A stretch of DNA of 64,000 bases from the IMG/VR virus record IMGVR_UViG_3300027779_000011, positions 64,001-128,000 of that record; one strand, written 5' to 3'. Below are positions 19,678 through 28,413 of the stretch, one piece after another. This DNA is from a virus. The translations under genes and the position numbers were made by a program. Every line of letters starts with the position of its first letter. Position 1 is the first letter of the stretch. The notes beneath the pieces are model-generated. The model was not told the DNA's origin, searched no databases, and saw only the letters and a list, made by a program, of their open reading frames with translations.

Positions 19678-20430
19678 TTGTATAGAAGTTTTTTAAGCCT
19701 GATAGCACTGGCTTCAACGCTAGTGCTCAGTTCTGTCGGTCGAGCGTCGGTAAGTTATGGTCCTTTAAGTGACATGAATTTGTCAAGAGGAAGCACTCAA
19801 AACATTGAGACAGATATTTACCCGGTTACTTATAGAGTATATTCTTATGATACTGTTGATAACCGAACAGAACAAAGGCTTGGAGAGATAATATCAACGG
19901 CTACAAGCTTGCTTGGTAGCTATGCTAAAGGAAGAGGTCTTCCTTTAGATGATTGTGGGGGAAACCAGACTATAGAGTTTTTTATAGTTCCCTATTCTGT
20001 TTTAAACGACAGAGGAAGGTTTTCCGAATGGCCATATGAAAATGGTGCCGGAAGCAGCTCATCTAATATAGTTGCATTGTTTTCACCAAGGAGGACGGAA
20101 TCTAATATTGACGCTATAATGTTCACTAAAGATTCTTTTTCTAGAGATCATTATGTTGCTCATGAGTTAGCTCATTACTGGTATGAAAGACTCTGCTGGA
20201 GTTCTTCCTCTACAGTTAGAACTGAACCGTTTGCGATGGGGTTTGAATCATATTATTTATCAAACCATCAAAGAAGTGGGTATACTCGCGGCAACAATCA
20301 CTCTTCTGATGTAGTCACTCCTATTCCCACGATAAGAGGTGGAGGCGGAAGGGTCGGTGGAAAAGGAGAGTCACATAACAGTTATATCCCCACGATAAGA
20401 GGTGGAGGCGGAAGAGGGGGTGGAAAATAA
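19678..20430 (+). CDS. Exported zincin-motif (HELAH) protein with duplicated RGG tail
   Basis: Hydrophobic signal-like N-terminus; VAHELAHYW...TEPFA; tail IPTIRGGGGR.GGK x2; start uncertain. Confidence 0.65.
   Translation: MYRSFLSLIALASTLVLSSVGRASVSYGPLSDMNLSRGSTQNIETDIYPVTYRVYSYDTVDNRTEQRLGEIISTATSLLGSYAKGRGLPLDDCGGNQTIEFFIVPYSVLNDRGRFSEWPYENGAGSSSSNIVALFSPRRTESNIDAIMFTKDSFSRDHYVAHELAHYWYERLCWSSSSTVRTEPFAMGFESYYLSNHQRSGYTRGNNHSSDVVTPIPTIRGGGGRVGGKGESHNSYIPTIRGGGGRGGGK
20322..20427 (+). repeat. Near-identical 43-bp direct repeat, period 63 bp
   Basis: TAT(T/C)CCCACGATAAGAGGTGGAGGCGGAAG...GGTGGAAAA at 20322 and 20385. Confidence 0.9.
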
Positions 20431-20446
20431 TATGTTCCACTTGCCA

Positions 20447-20475
20447 TTGTTAAACAAATGATTGGTTGGTATTAT
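20447..20475 (+). promoter_or_regulatory. Sigma70-type promoter (TTGTTA-17-TATTAT, TGn extension), likely leaderless transcript
   Basis: -10 ends 7 nt before the ATG at 20483; no Shine-Dalgarno. Confidence 0.5.
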
Positions 20476-20482
20476 ATAAATA

Positions 20483-21589
20483 ATGTATATTGAAGAAAAA
20501 GAACATTTGGCTTTTGATGACGTTTTGTTAAGACCTTTATACTCCGAAGTCAGGTCTAGGTCCATTCCAGATACTGCAACTAATATTGCAGGAATTGAAA
20601 TGTCTATACCGATTATATCCTCTCCGATGGATACGGTTACTGAGTATGAAATGGCAATTGCGATTGCAGAGAGTGGCGGAATGGGCATAATACATAGGTT
20701 TATGACACCATCAAAGCAGCTTCTAAATCTGAGGAAGGTTGCTAGAGCGTCATCTTCTATGTATAATACAGGCTATCCGGTTGTTCCCGCTGTTGGAGTT
20801 GGTAAGAGTGAGAGGGAGCGGTTTATTCAGATCTTAAATGGGATTAATCCATACGCCATTAGTGCGGTTGCAATTGATATTGCAAATGGCCATTCGGTTC
20901 TGATGAAGGAGATGATCGACTTTGTTAACCAGAAAACAGGTGGCGACATTCCAATTATAGCTGGGAATGTAGCGACGGGAGATGGTTTTGCCTACCTTGC
21001 TGAGTCTGGAGCAAGTGCAATAAGGGTGGGTATTGGCGGCGGTTCTATTTGTAAGACAAGAATAATGACTGGAGCCGGTATGCCAACATTCCAATCTGTT
21101 GTTGATTGCTCTGAAGCAAAGAACTCTTCGAACGAGTATGATAGTGTTTCGATAATTGCAGATGGCGGAATAAGGTATCCGGCTGATTTAGTCAAGAGTA
21201 TCGCAGCAGGGGCAGATGCTGTGATGGTAGGGAGAGTTCTTTCATCAACAGATGAGACCCCAGGTGAATATTTTGATGCGAATGGAAATATAGTAGATTA
21301 TAGTAGCGGCATAGAAAAATATAAGAAATACAGGGGAATGGCCTCATCTGAGGTTCAGGATGATAAGAGGGGTGGGCTAAAGTCAGGAACCTGTGCAGAG
21401 GGGGTGTCTACCCTTATAAAGAGTAGGGGGTCTGCTTCTGATGTGATGGATGAATTCTTTGCAGGATTGAGATCTGGTATGACTTATGTTAATGCTCTTG
21501 ACTTGAAACAACTTAGAGAAAATGCAATTTTTATAAAAATAACAAAGGCTGGCGCTGATGAGTCACATGCCTTTGGAACAAAGAAATAG
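20483..21589 (+). CDS. IMP dehydrogenase/GMP reductase family enzyme without CBS domains (GMPR-leaning)
   Basis: FDDVLL.P, PIISSPMDTV, DIANGHS, AGNV, GIGGGSICKTR, IADGGI, YRGMAS...AEG. Confidence 0.9.
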   Translation: MYIEEKEHLAFDDVLLRPLYSEVRSRSIPDTATNIAGIEMSIPIISSPMDTVTEYEMAIAIAESGGMGIIHRFMTPSKQLLNLRKVARASSSMYNTGYPVVPAVGVGKSERERFIQILNGINPYAISAVAIDIANGHSVLMKEMIDFVNQKTGGDIPIIAGNVATGDGFAYLAESGASAIRVGIGGGSICKTRIMTGAGMPTFQSVVDCSEAKNSSNEYDSVSIIADGGIRYPADLVKSIAAGADAVMVGRVLSSTDETPGEYFDANGNIVDYSSGIEKYKKYRGMASSEVQDDKRGGLKSGTCAEGVSTLIKSRGSASDVMDEFFAGLRSGMTYVNALDLKQLRENAIFIKITKAGADESHAFGTKK

Positions 21590-21599
21590 GAGTTAACTC

Positions 21600-21977
21600 A
21601 TGAACAATGCTTTGTGGAAATGGAATGATGATGCTAACAATATTGACAATGTAAAGGTGGCTATTGATACAATCTTTTTAAGAATGGATCTTCTAGAGTC
21701 GAAGCTAGATGACACACTTGATTGCCTTCTTGATAACCTAGACAGGGATAAGCTTGCTGCGAATAAAGCAAAGGAGTTTTATGATGATGATAATGTTAAA
21801 GACATACTGTCCTCATTCTCCTCTGGTTTTGAGGGTGGTGGGGCATCTAATGTCTTAGATCTAGTATCTTCCCTTCATGACTTAAAGGGTAAGTTATCAA
21901 CGCTTGGTAGTAATTTAAATACAGCTCCAAGCGATCTATCAGAAATGCCTTCTGAGGAAGATGTTGATACGGATTAA
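21600..21977 (+). CDS. Hypothetical acidic coiled-coil protein
   Basis: 125-aa ORF, AGGAG RBS. Confidence 0.65.
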   Translation: MNNALWKWNDDANNIDNVKVAIDTIFLRMDLLESKLDDTLDCLLDNLDRDKLAANKAKEFYDDDNVKDILSSFSSGFEGGGASNVLDLVSSLHDLKGKLSTLGSNLNTAPSDLSEMPSEEDVDTD

Positions 21978-22088
21978 TTAATTTTATGATACTTTTTATA
22001 TATTAGATATATATAGTTATCAGGGATATTCCTGATTCTGTCTACTTTCCAATATAATTGTAACTGTTGAAAAAAAGGAAAATATAAT

Positions 22089-23162
22089 ATGGATGTTAAG
22101 TTTACTAAAAAAATCCTAAAGGAAATGCCTAAGGATAAGTCAGTCATGCTTCATGCAAAGCATGGTGTCGGAAAATCATCTGTTGTTCGTCAGGTTGCCG
22201 AAGAACTAGCAGAAGAAACAAATGAGCCTTATGGCTTTTGGGACGTAAGACTGTCCCAATGTGAGGTCGGAGATATCAAAGGCTTGCCGGATGCAGACCG
22301 TGAAGCTAAGGTTATCAGGTTCTTGAAGCAAGAGTGGTGGCCGCGAGATAAGGATAGTAAGGGTATCTTGTTTTTTGATGAGATTAACCGTGCGTCAAAA
22401 GATGTCCTTCAAGCCGTGTTTGAGATATGTTTGGACCGACGATTGGATGGAGAAGAACTGCCGGAAGGCTGGAGGGTTGTTGCTGCGGTAAACTCTGATG
22501 ATGATTATGATGTTCAGGAGCTTGATCCAGCACTTCATGATCGGTGGTTTCATATTGATTTCGACCCGTCTGTTTCTGACTGGACTCTATGGGCCAGAGA
22601 GAATGGTGTTGAGCAGTCGATAATTGAGTTTGTTTCAAGGAACCACAATCTTCTAGACCCCCCAATTGGGAACCTTGAGGCAGGTAGGACGTATCCATCC
22701 CGCAGAAGTTGGGTTTCATTGTCAGACTCCATCATGGGGATGGGCTTATTGGCAGAGGGTAATGATGCTATTCTTACGCAAGTTACCAAGGGCTGGGTCG
22801 GTCGAGAGATTGCGGTTATGTTTCCGAAGTTTGTTGCAAATGAGTTTACTCAGCTTAGGCCGGAAGATGTCTTGGATACCTTTTCAAAGGTAGAGTCTAA
22901 GATTGAAGCAGCATGTGATGATATTGAGGTTATTGCGGCACTAGCACGAAATGTTGTGCAAGAGGTCAATGAACGAAGTGCTATCAAAATGAAGGACAAG
23001 CAGAAGGAAGCTCTGAAGAAGTTCTTTATGGTGCTTCCAAATGATGTAGCATCTGACACCTGGGTTGCCCTTCTAGCTGGGAAGAAGAGTAAGAAGCTAG
23101 TTATGATGTGGCAAGCTGATACAGCGTTTGGAGAACACCTGAAGCGTATTTATCAAGTCTGA
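22089..23162 (+). CDS. MoxR-like AAA+ ATPase
   Basis: Walker A variant HAKHGVGKS, Walker B FFDEINRA, VAAVN, LDPALHDRW, PSRRSW. Confidence 0.88.
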   Translation: MDVKFTKKILKEMPKDKSVMLHAKHGVGKSSVVRQVAEELAEETNEPYGFWDVRLSQCEVGDIKGLPDADREAKVIRFLKQEWWPRDKDSKGILFFDEINRASKDVLQAVFEICLDRRLDGEELPEGWRVVAAVNSDDDYDVQELDPALHDRWFHIDFDPSVSDWTLWARENGVEQSIIEFVSRNHNLLDPPIGNLEAGRTYPSRRSWVSLSDSIMGMGLLAEGNDAILTQVTKGWVGREIAVMFPKFVANEFTQLRPEDVLDTFSKVESKIEAACDDIEVIAALARNVVQEVNERSAIKMKDKQKEALKKFFMVLPNDVASDTWVALLAGKKSKKLVMMWQADTAFGEHLKRIYQV

Positions 23163-23171
23163 TTTCACCAA

Positions 23172-23201
23172 GGGTACACTTGGCGCGCTCCAAGTGTACC
23201 C
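23172..23201 (+). promoter_or_regulatory. Perfect 12-bp intergenic hairpin between AAA and VWA genes
   Basis: GGGTACACTTGG-cgcgct-CCAAGTGTACCC then AATATTTTT. Confidence 0.7.
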
Positions 23202-23226
23202 AATATTTTTATCATTAGGAGGTTTT

Positions 23227-24438
23227 ATGTTGAATACATCAGTTGCTCCATCAGTAGGGCCACAAGTCGTAGATGATGTTAGTCTAAAAAGTAGTGTCAA
23301 TTCTCGTCAAATTAGAGACAGAATTGAAGGCGATATTGCAAAGCTAATTACATTTCAGCCCTTGTACGGCATCGTGTTTATGAGCTTGAATAAGATCGAG
23401 TCAAGGAAGATTCCAACGCTTGCCGTTGGAGTTACTAGGCGAGTTGATCTTGCTCTATATTACAATCCAGACTTTATAGATGGCCTTAGTCGGGCAGAGT
23501 TGAGGGCGGTGTTGAAGCATGAGGCTTTGCACGTTTTGCTTCATCATATCTCTAGAGCAAAGCACTTCTCTTATAATATGCGTGGGTATAATATTGCGGC
23601 AGATATGGCAATTAATCAGCATATCGAAGGATTGCCGGAGGGCTGCTTTTACCCAAGCACCCTTAATCTTCCAGATTCCGAATCCTCTGAGTGGTATTAT
23701 GAAAGCTTAAAGAAGGAGTCAGATGAAAATGGCCATGATATAAGCGAGGTTGGCGAAGGAAAGGGCAAGCTCGTAGATGACCACTCTATGTGGCAGGATA
23801 TGGATGATGATATTATCAAAGAAAAGATTCGTCATATAGCAGAAAAGGCCATAAAGGAACAGGAGAAGAAGGGTTGGGGCGATGTAGGAGCAGATCTGGC
23901 AGGAAAGATTATAGCCGCAAACAAACCTGTTGTAAACTGGAAGAGGGAGGTTCGATACTTTATTAACAAGCTTGTCATGATGGGGCGAAAGAGTACTCGT
24001 ATGCGGCCCAATCGTCGCTATGGATATGTTAACCCCGGAAGCAAAAGGGACTATACTAGTAGGCTTTTAATTGGGGTTGATACATCTGGCTCTGTAAGTG
24101 ATGAGCAGCTAAAGATGTTCTTCACAGAAATAAATGGAATGATCGATCATGTGCAGGTAGACGTTATTCAGTTTGATTACAATTTACAGGGAGAGCCTGA
24201 GCCTTTTAGAAAGAAGTCTAAGGATATTAATATCATAGGAAGGGGCGGGACTAATTTTGAGCCAGTAATTAAGCTAGCAGATGAGATGAAGTACGATGGT
24301 CTTATTATATTCACAGATGGTTACGCGCCATTCCCAACAAAGCCAAAGGCCCGTATGCTTTGGGCTGTATCAGAAAGAGACAGCGATGTTAATTTTCCTT
24401 ATGGAAAGAAAGTAGTTGTAGCAGAAAAAAGAGTTTGA
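23227..24438 (+). CDS. DUF2201-type metallopeptidase-VWA protein (MoxR partner)
   Basis: HEALH, NIAADMAIN, DDHSMW, VDTSGS MIDAS, GGGT-like GRGGTNF, FTDG; AGGAGG RBS before ATG 23227. Confidence 0.9.
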   Translation: MLNTSVAPSVGPQVVDDVSLKSSVNSRQIRDRIEGDIAKLITFQPLYGIVFMSLNKIESRKIPTLAVGVTRRVDLALYYNPDFIDGLSRAELRAVLKHEALHVLLHHISRAKHFSYNMRGYNIAADMAINQHIEGLPEGCFYPSTLNLPDSESSEWYYESLKKESDENGHDISEVGEGKGKLVDDHSMWQDMDDDIIKEKIRHIAEKAIKEQEKKGWGDVGADLAGKIIAANKPVVNWKREVRYFINKLVMMGRKSTRMRPNRRYGYVNPGSKRDYTSRLLIGVDTSGSVSDEQLKMFFTEINGMIDHVQVDVIQFDYNLQGEPEPFRKKSKDINIIGRGGTNFEPVIKLADEMKYDGLIIFTDGYAPFPTKPKARMLWAVSERDSDVNFPYGKKVVVAEKRV

Positions 24439-24447
24439 CGTGTAGCT

Positions 24448-24488
24448 TTTGGGTAGCATACCATTTGTGTGCTACCCAAATTTTTTTT
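24448..24488 (+). terminator. Intrinsic terminator
   Basis: TTTGGGTAGCATAC-cattt-GTGTGCTACCCAAA-TTTTTTTT. Confidence 0.88.
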
Positions 24489-24498
24489 AGGGAGATAG

Positions 24499-25692
24499 AT
24501 GTTAATTTTGAATAACAAGATAACTAGCAAGTTGTCTACATTGATGGTTGCTTTTGATGCAGGTTCTAGGATTGAGGGGGATGACTTTAATAGCGGAATA
24601 TCCCATATGCTTGAGCATTGCATTTTCAAGGGAACTACAAATAGGGATTGGCTAGAGGTACAAAGAGAGTTTGCGTTCATAGGGGCAAGGCCAAACGCAT
24701 TTACTTCAAGTGAGATGGTTTGTTATCATGTTACTGTTCCATATGAAAACTTAGAATCTGCGGCAGATATATTATCTGATATTGTATTCAACTCTACAAT
24801 TCCAGATGAAGAATTCATCAAGGAAAAAGAGGTCGTAAAGGAAGAGGAGATATCAAGAAAAGACGATGTTGACGGATACATGTGGGAGGCGTTTTCAAAA
24901 GAGTGGTTCTCCAACCATCTGTCTGTTCCGGTTATAGGCACAAAGGATTCTATTGATAGATTCACAAGAGATGAGGTGAATTCATTTTACAACAAATATT
25001 GTGATAAAAAGGGTGCTATAGTATCCTTAGCGAGTTCTCTTAACAAGAGGGCTTCAAAGCAGTTATTAAACAAATACTTTGGAAAGTCAACCGGAAGATT
25101 CAGAAAGAACTATTCTTTGGATGACTCAACATATGAGCAGTCTAGAACCGTATTGCTTTCGAAAGATGGAATAGAACACTCCTATGTTTGGATGGCATAT
25201 CCGGGGATAGTCACCGGTAGTGATTGGGCTGCGGCCTCTCATGTTCTTATGTCAATTTTTGGAAGCGGCATGGACAGCAGACTCTTTACAGAGGTTAGGG
25301 AAAGAAGCGGCTTGGTTTATGGAATAGGGTCCGGTATGCAATCTTTTCAGGATGGCTCAGTGTGTCTTATTGACTTCTCATCAAGAGAGAAGAATGTGGA
25401 AAAGGCATTGTCAATCGTAGATGGGCAAGTTGACTTGATAAAGTCAGAACGAATTACAGATGAGGAGCTTGAGCGGGCTAAGAACAAAATACGTTCTTCT
25501 GTCTATTCTTTAAATGAGAATAGCTTTGGCGTTGCCTTTTCTAATTTAAAATCAAGATTTAACTCGACTTCAAATATAGAGGAACTTATGAACAAAATAA
25601 ACTCCGTAACAAAAGATGATATAATTGATGTTGCAAATATTGTTTTTGACAAAGATAGGCAGCTAACGATGGTATGTAAAAATAATAATTAG
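24499..25692 (+). CDS. M16 family (insulinase/pitrilysin-like) zinc peptidase
   Basis: GISHMLEHCIFKGT inverted zincin, NAFTS, EKEVVKEE, SRLFTEVRERSGLVY. Confidence 0.93.
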   Translation: MLILNNKITSKLSTLMVAFDAGSRIEGDDFNSGISHMLEHCIFKGTTNRDWLEVQREFAFIGARPNAFTSSEMVCYHVTVPYENLESAADILSDIVFNSTIPDEEFIKEKEVVKEEEISRKDDVDGYMWEAFSKEWFSNHLSVPVIGTKDSIDRFTRDEVNSFYNKYCDKKGAIVSLASSLNKRASKQLLNKYFGKSTGRFRKNYSLDDSTYEQSRTVLLSKDGIEHSYVWMAYPGIVTGSDWAAASHVLMSIFGSGMDSRLFTEVRERSGLVYGIGSGMQSFQDGSVCLIDFSSREKNVEKALSIVDGQVDLIKSERITDEELERAKNKIRSSVYSLNENSFGVAFSNLKSRFNSTSNIEELMNKINSVTKDDIIDVANIVFDKDRQLTMVCKNNN

Positions 25693-25702
25693 AAATAATT
25701 TA

Positions 25703-25716
25703 TTTAGTATAATTAA
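25703..25716 (+). promoter_or_regulatory. Promoter-like TTTAGTATAATTAA (identical copy at 50733)
   Basis: Contains TATAAT; recurs upstream of other operons. Confidence 0.5.
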
Positions 25717-25736
25717 AAGATAGTTAAAGAATATAT

Positions 25737-26279
25737 ATGTCGTTATTAAATATAATTACTGTTCCAAATAAGCTGTTGAGGCAACGATGCTTTGATGTTA
25801 CAGATGATATGTTTGGAGAAGAACTCGATTCCTTTATGTCATCTATGGCAGAGACGATGTATTCTTTAAAAGGTGTCGGATTAGCAGCCCCGCAAGTCGG
25901 CTTGGGTTACAGGGTATTGGTAGCAGACATGTCAGAGGGTAGGCGAGAATCTTATGTCAAGATGGTGAACCCTGAGATTGTGGATTTGTCAGATGAAACA
26001 ATAAAGATAAGCGAAGGTTGTTTATCTGTTCCAAACTTTGAAACAGAAGTAGAGAGGTCTTGGGAAGTGACTGTTCTTTATAGCACCCCGCTTGGGGAGA
26101 GGACAAAAGAAAGGCTTTCTGGATATTATTCTGTTGTTATTCAGCATGAGATAGACCACTTGAATGGCATAACTATTTTGGATAAAGCTGGAAACCTCAC
26201 TAGACGGATGTATATGAACAAGATTAAAAAATCTAAAAAGAAGTTCGAAAGACTTCTTAAGAAAAATAGCCTAATATGA
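25737..26279 (+). CDS. def: Peptide deformylase
   Basis: GVGLAAPQVG, EGCLSVP, QHEIDHLNG. Confidence 0.96.
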   Translation: MSLLNIITVPNKLLRQRCFDVTDDMFGEELDSFMSSMAETMYSLKGVGLAAPQVGLGYRVLVADMSEGRRESYVKMVNPEIVDLSDETIKISEGCLSVPNFETEVERSWEVTVLYSTPLGERTKERLSGYYSVVIQHEIDHLNGITILDKAGNLTRRMYMNKIKKSKKKFERLLKKNSLI

Positions 26280-26608
26280 ACACAGTAAGAGAAAAGCATA
26301 GCTGGGGAGGCGTTGAAATATGGGCAAAGAGCAAGCACTTTGTAGGCATATTTTATTCTATCGACGCAAGAGAGAGCGTTATAATACCAAGCTGTAACTC
26401 TTCCGTTTCTACATATAGGGTTTCCTCTGGAATACTATTGGTACAGGAGGAGGGATGTGATAAAGGCTCCGATGGAGTTATTATAACTTCGGGTGATTCA
26501 ATTTCGTTAAATAATAATATCGGACATATTTTTTCTGCAATAAGAGACTGCGAGATTTATGGAATTATCCCGCCGTCTTCGGGAGAAAAGGTTGGCAAAA
26601 AAAAATAG
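26276..26608 (+). CDS. Degenerate cupin-fold protein (mannose-6-P isomerase-like)
   Basis: HSWGGVEIWA...YRVSSG...SGDSISL...HIFSA; most metal-binding His residues absent. Confidence 0.5.
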   Translation: MNTVREKHSWGGVEIWAKSKHFVGIFYSIDARESVIIPSCNSSVSTYRVSSGILLVQEEGCDKGSDGVIITSGDSISLNNNIGHIFSAIRDCEIYGIIPPSSGEKVGKKK

Positions 26609-26704
26609 ATATGTTTATTATGGTTAAATAATGTATTAGTTGAGAACTATTTACATTAACAGTAATATTATGATTATCATTAGTAATTTTATTTGAGGTT
26701 AACT

Positions 26705-27013
26705 TTGTTTTATAATTTATTATTCTTTGTACTTTCTTCGTGTGGTATAACTTTTCTTATAACACACTCTTCGATTTTTGAGCCAGTTAGAGAGTTTATA
26801 GGGCGCAGGTCTGATTTTTTCGGAGAGCTTGTAAACTGTCCGATGTGCTCTGGTTTTTGGGTTGGTTTCTTCATATCTATTATTGATTTTCAAGATTATA
26901 ACCCAATATATTCGGGAGCGATAGTCAGTCTGGTTTCTTGGCTTATTGCTGTATTTGCTTTTTATATAAACTCCATAGCGCTGGCTATGGAGACTTCGAT
27001 AGAAGAGGATTGA
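26705..27013 (+). CDS. DUF1360-like membrane protein
   Basis: IFEPVR...FFGELVNCPMCSGFWVG with flanking TM helices; start uncertain (26693 or 26705). Confidence 0.7.
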   Translation: MFYNLLFFVLSSCGITFLITHSSIFEPVREFIGRRSDFFGELVNCPMCSGFWVGFFISIIDFQDYNPIYSGAIVSLVSWLIAVFAFYINSIALAMETSIEED

Positions 27014-27015
27014 TT

Positions 27016-27510
27016 ATGAACAAAAAAGAAGAAGTTGCTATCAGTAAAAGAAAAGTTGCATTACCAGGAAGAATTATAGATCTTCTATGGTCGGATGATG
27101 AATTTTATAGAGAAGTTGTATCTTCAAAGAAAATAACTCTAGATAAGTTTCCCAAAACAGACCAGTGGGTTGACGAAATGGGGTTTCATATGGAATTTGC
27201 ATTGGCCGGATATTCAACAAAGGATATAAGTATTAAGATCCATAACAGCACTCTGCTTGTTGAGAGCAGAAGAGATAGAGGCGATGACATGATTCCATCT
27301 GAAGACGGAGTTAGGAGCGCTAAGCCAAAGATAACTTACGGATCAATAGTTAGAGGAATTGCTAGAAGAAATTTTAAAAGCAAGGTTATAATTTCTTCTG
27401 ATTTTAGCATAGAGGATGCTGCCGCAAGTATGTTAAATGGATTATTACATATAATAATCCCAAAGGGAGTAGAACAGGAATGTACAATTGTTCGAATAAA
27501 AGAGGTGTAG
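27016..27510 (+). CDS. Second small heat-shock protein (IbpA-like Hsp20)
   Basis: EFALAGYS..DI.I, RGIARRNF, ASMLNGLLHIIIPK; GAGG RBS before ATG 27016. Confidence 0.85.
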   Translation: MNKKEEVAISKRKVALPGRIIDLLWSDDEFYREVVSSKKITLDKFPKTDQWVDEMGFHMEFALAGYSTKDISIKIHNSTLLVESRRDRGDDMIPSEDGVRSAKPKITYGSIVRGIARRNFKSKVIISSDFSIEDAAASMLNGLLHIIIPKGVEQECTIVRIKEV

Positions 27511-27511
27511 T

Positions 27512-27754
27512 ATGAGCGATATAAGTTTATTAATAACCACAATGGTTTCGTCTATAGTTGATGACACAGACAGTGTTTCTGTGTCAATGACCGAGGAGAA
27601 TAATGGATATCTGTTTGAGATAAAAGTAGACAAACAGGACGTTGGAAAGATAATTGGAAAGAAGGGAAGAATTGCTTCTGCTATAAGAACTGTAGCCAAG
27701 GCAGCTGGCGCTAAGAATGGCGTTAGGGCAATGGTAAATGTATTAAATGAGTAG
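27512..27754 (+). CDS. khpA: Single KH-domain RNA-binding protein KhpA/YlqC
   Basis: IVDDTDSVSV...IKVDKQDVGKIIGKKGRIASAIRTVAKA (GxxG KH loop), 80 aa. Confidence 0.9.
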   Translation: MSDISLLITTMVSSIVDDTDSVSVSMTEENNGYLFEIKVDKQDVGKIIGKKGRIASAIRTVAKAAGAKNGVRAMVNVLNE

Positions 27755-27764
27755 TGGAGGAAGT

Positions 27765-28148
27765 ATGCCTAAGACATGGAGACAGAGGTGCTTGTCTAAC
27801 CCAGATACAATGTTTGTTAGAGCTATAAGCTCAGCAAAGAGAAGGTCCGTTCAAAAAGAAGTTGCATTTAATATATCTGCAAAGTTTTTAAAAGACCTGT
27901 ATCTTGAGCAGAACGGTCTTTGCCATTATTCTGGTATGCCTATCAGCATGGTAAAAAGAGACCCAAGGGTTTTACATGATCCTTTTAAAATGACTCTTGA
28001 CAGGGTTGACCCAGGAAAAGGATATGTGAAGAATAATGTAGTCTGGTGTGCCTATTGTGTAAACTCTATGAAGCAAAAAATGCCGTTAAAAACTTTTGTT
28101 AACGTATGTAGAGCTATAGCGAAAAATTCATCTAGTCATAAAAAATGA
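27765..28148 (+). CDS. HNH-like (His-Me finger) endonuclease family protein
   Basis: EQNGLCHYSG..M...TLDRVDPGKGYVKNNVVWCAYCVNSMK; GGAGG RBS favours 27765 over 27747. Confidence 0.7.
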   Translation: MPKTWRQRCLSNPDTMFVRAISSAKRRSVQKEVAFNISAKFLKDLYLEQNGLCHYSGMPISMVKRDPRVLHDPFKMTLDRVDPGKGYVKNNVVWCAYCVNSMKQKMPLKTFVNVCRAIAKNSSSHKK

Positions 28149-28354
28149 AAAAAGAAGAAGAGATATCAGATACAACCATAAGGGATGGCGTAATTGAGAT
28201 ATATCGCAATTACGGAATAGACATATCTGATATTGAAGATGATGACATCAAGAGGGTTGTAAGGCATTATAGAAGAAATCCAGATTCTTTATCTCAAGAT
28301 ATAAAATCTTCTAAGGAGAACTCTCATAATGTGATTGATAATGATATAATATAG
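28145..28354 (+). CDS. Hypothetical protein
   Basis: 69-aa ORF, ATGA overlap with upstream stop. Confidence 0.55.
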   Translation: MKKEEEISDTTIRDGVIEIYRNYGIDISDIEDDDIKRVVRHYRRNPDSLSQDIKSSKENSHNVIDNDII

Positions 28355-28413
28355 TAATTATACAAATATATATGAACACACGAGTGTGCGTGTGTTAATG
28401 GGCCAAATATTAA

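Noticed and set aside
27765-28148. Mobile homing endonuclease insertion
   Set aside because: Free-standing and operon-coupled, with no interrupted gene or flanking repeats visible.
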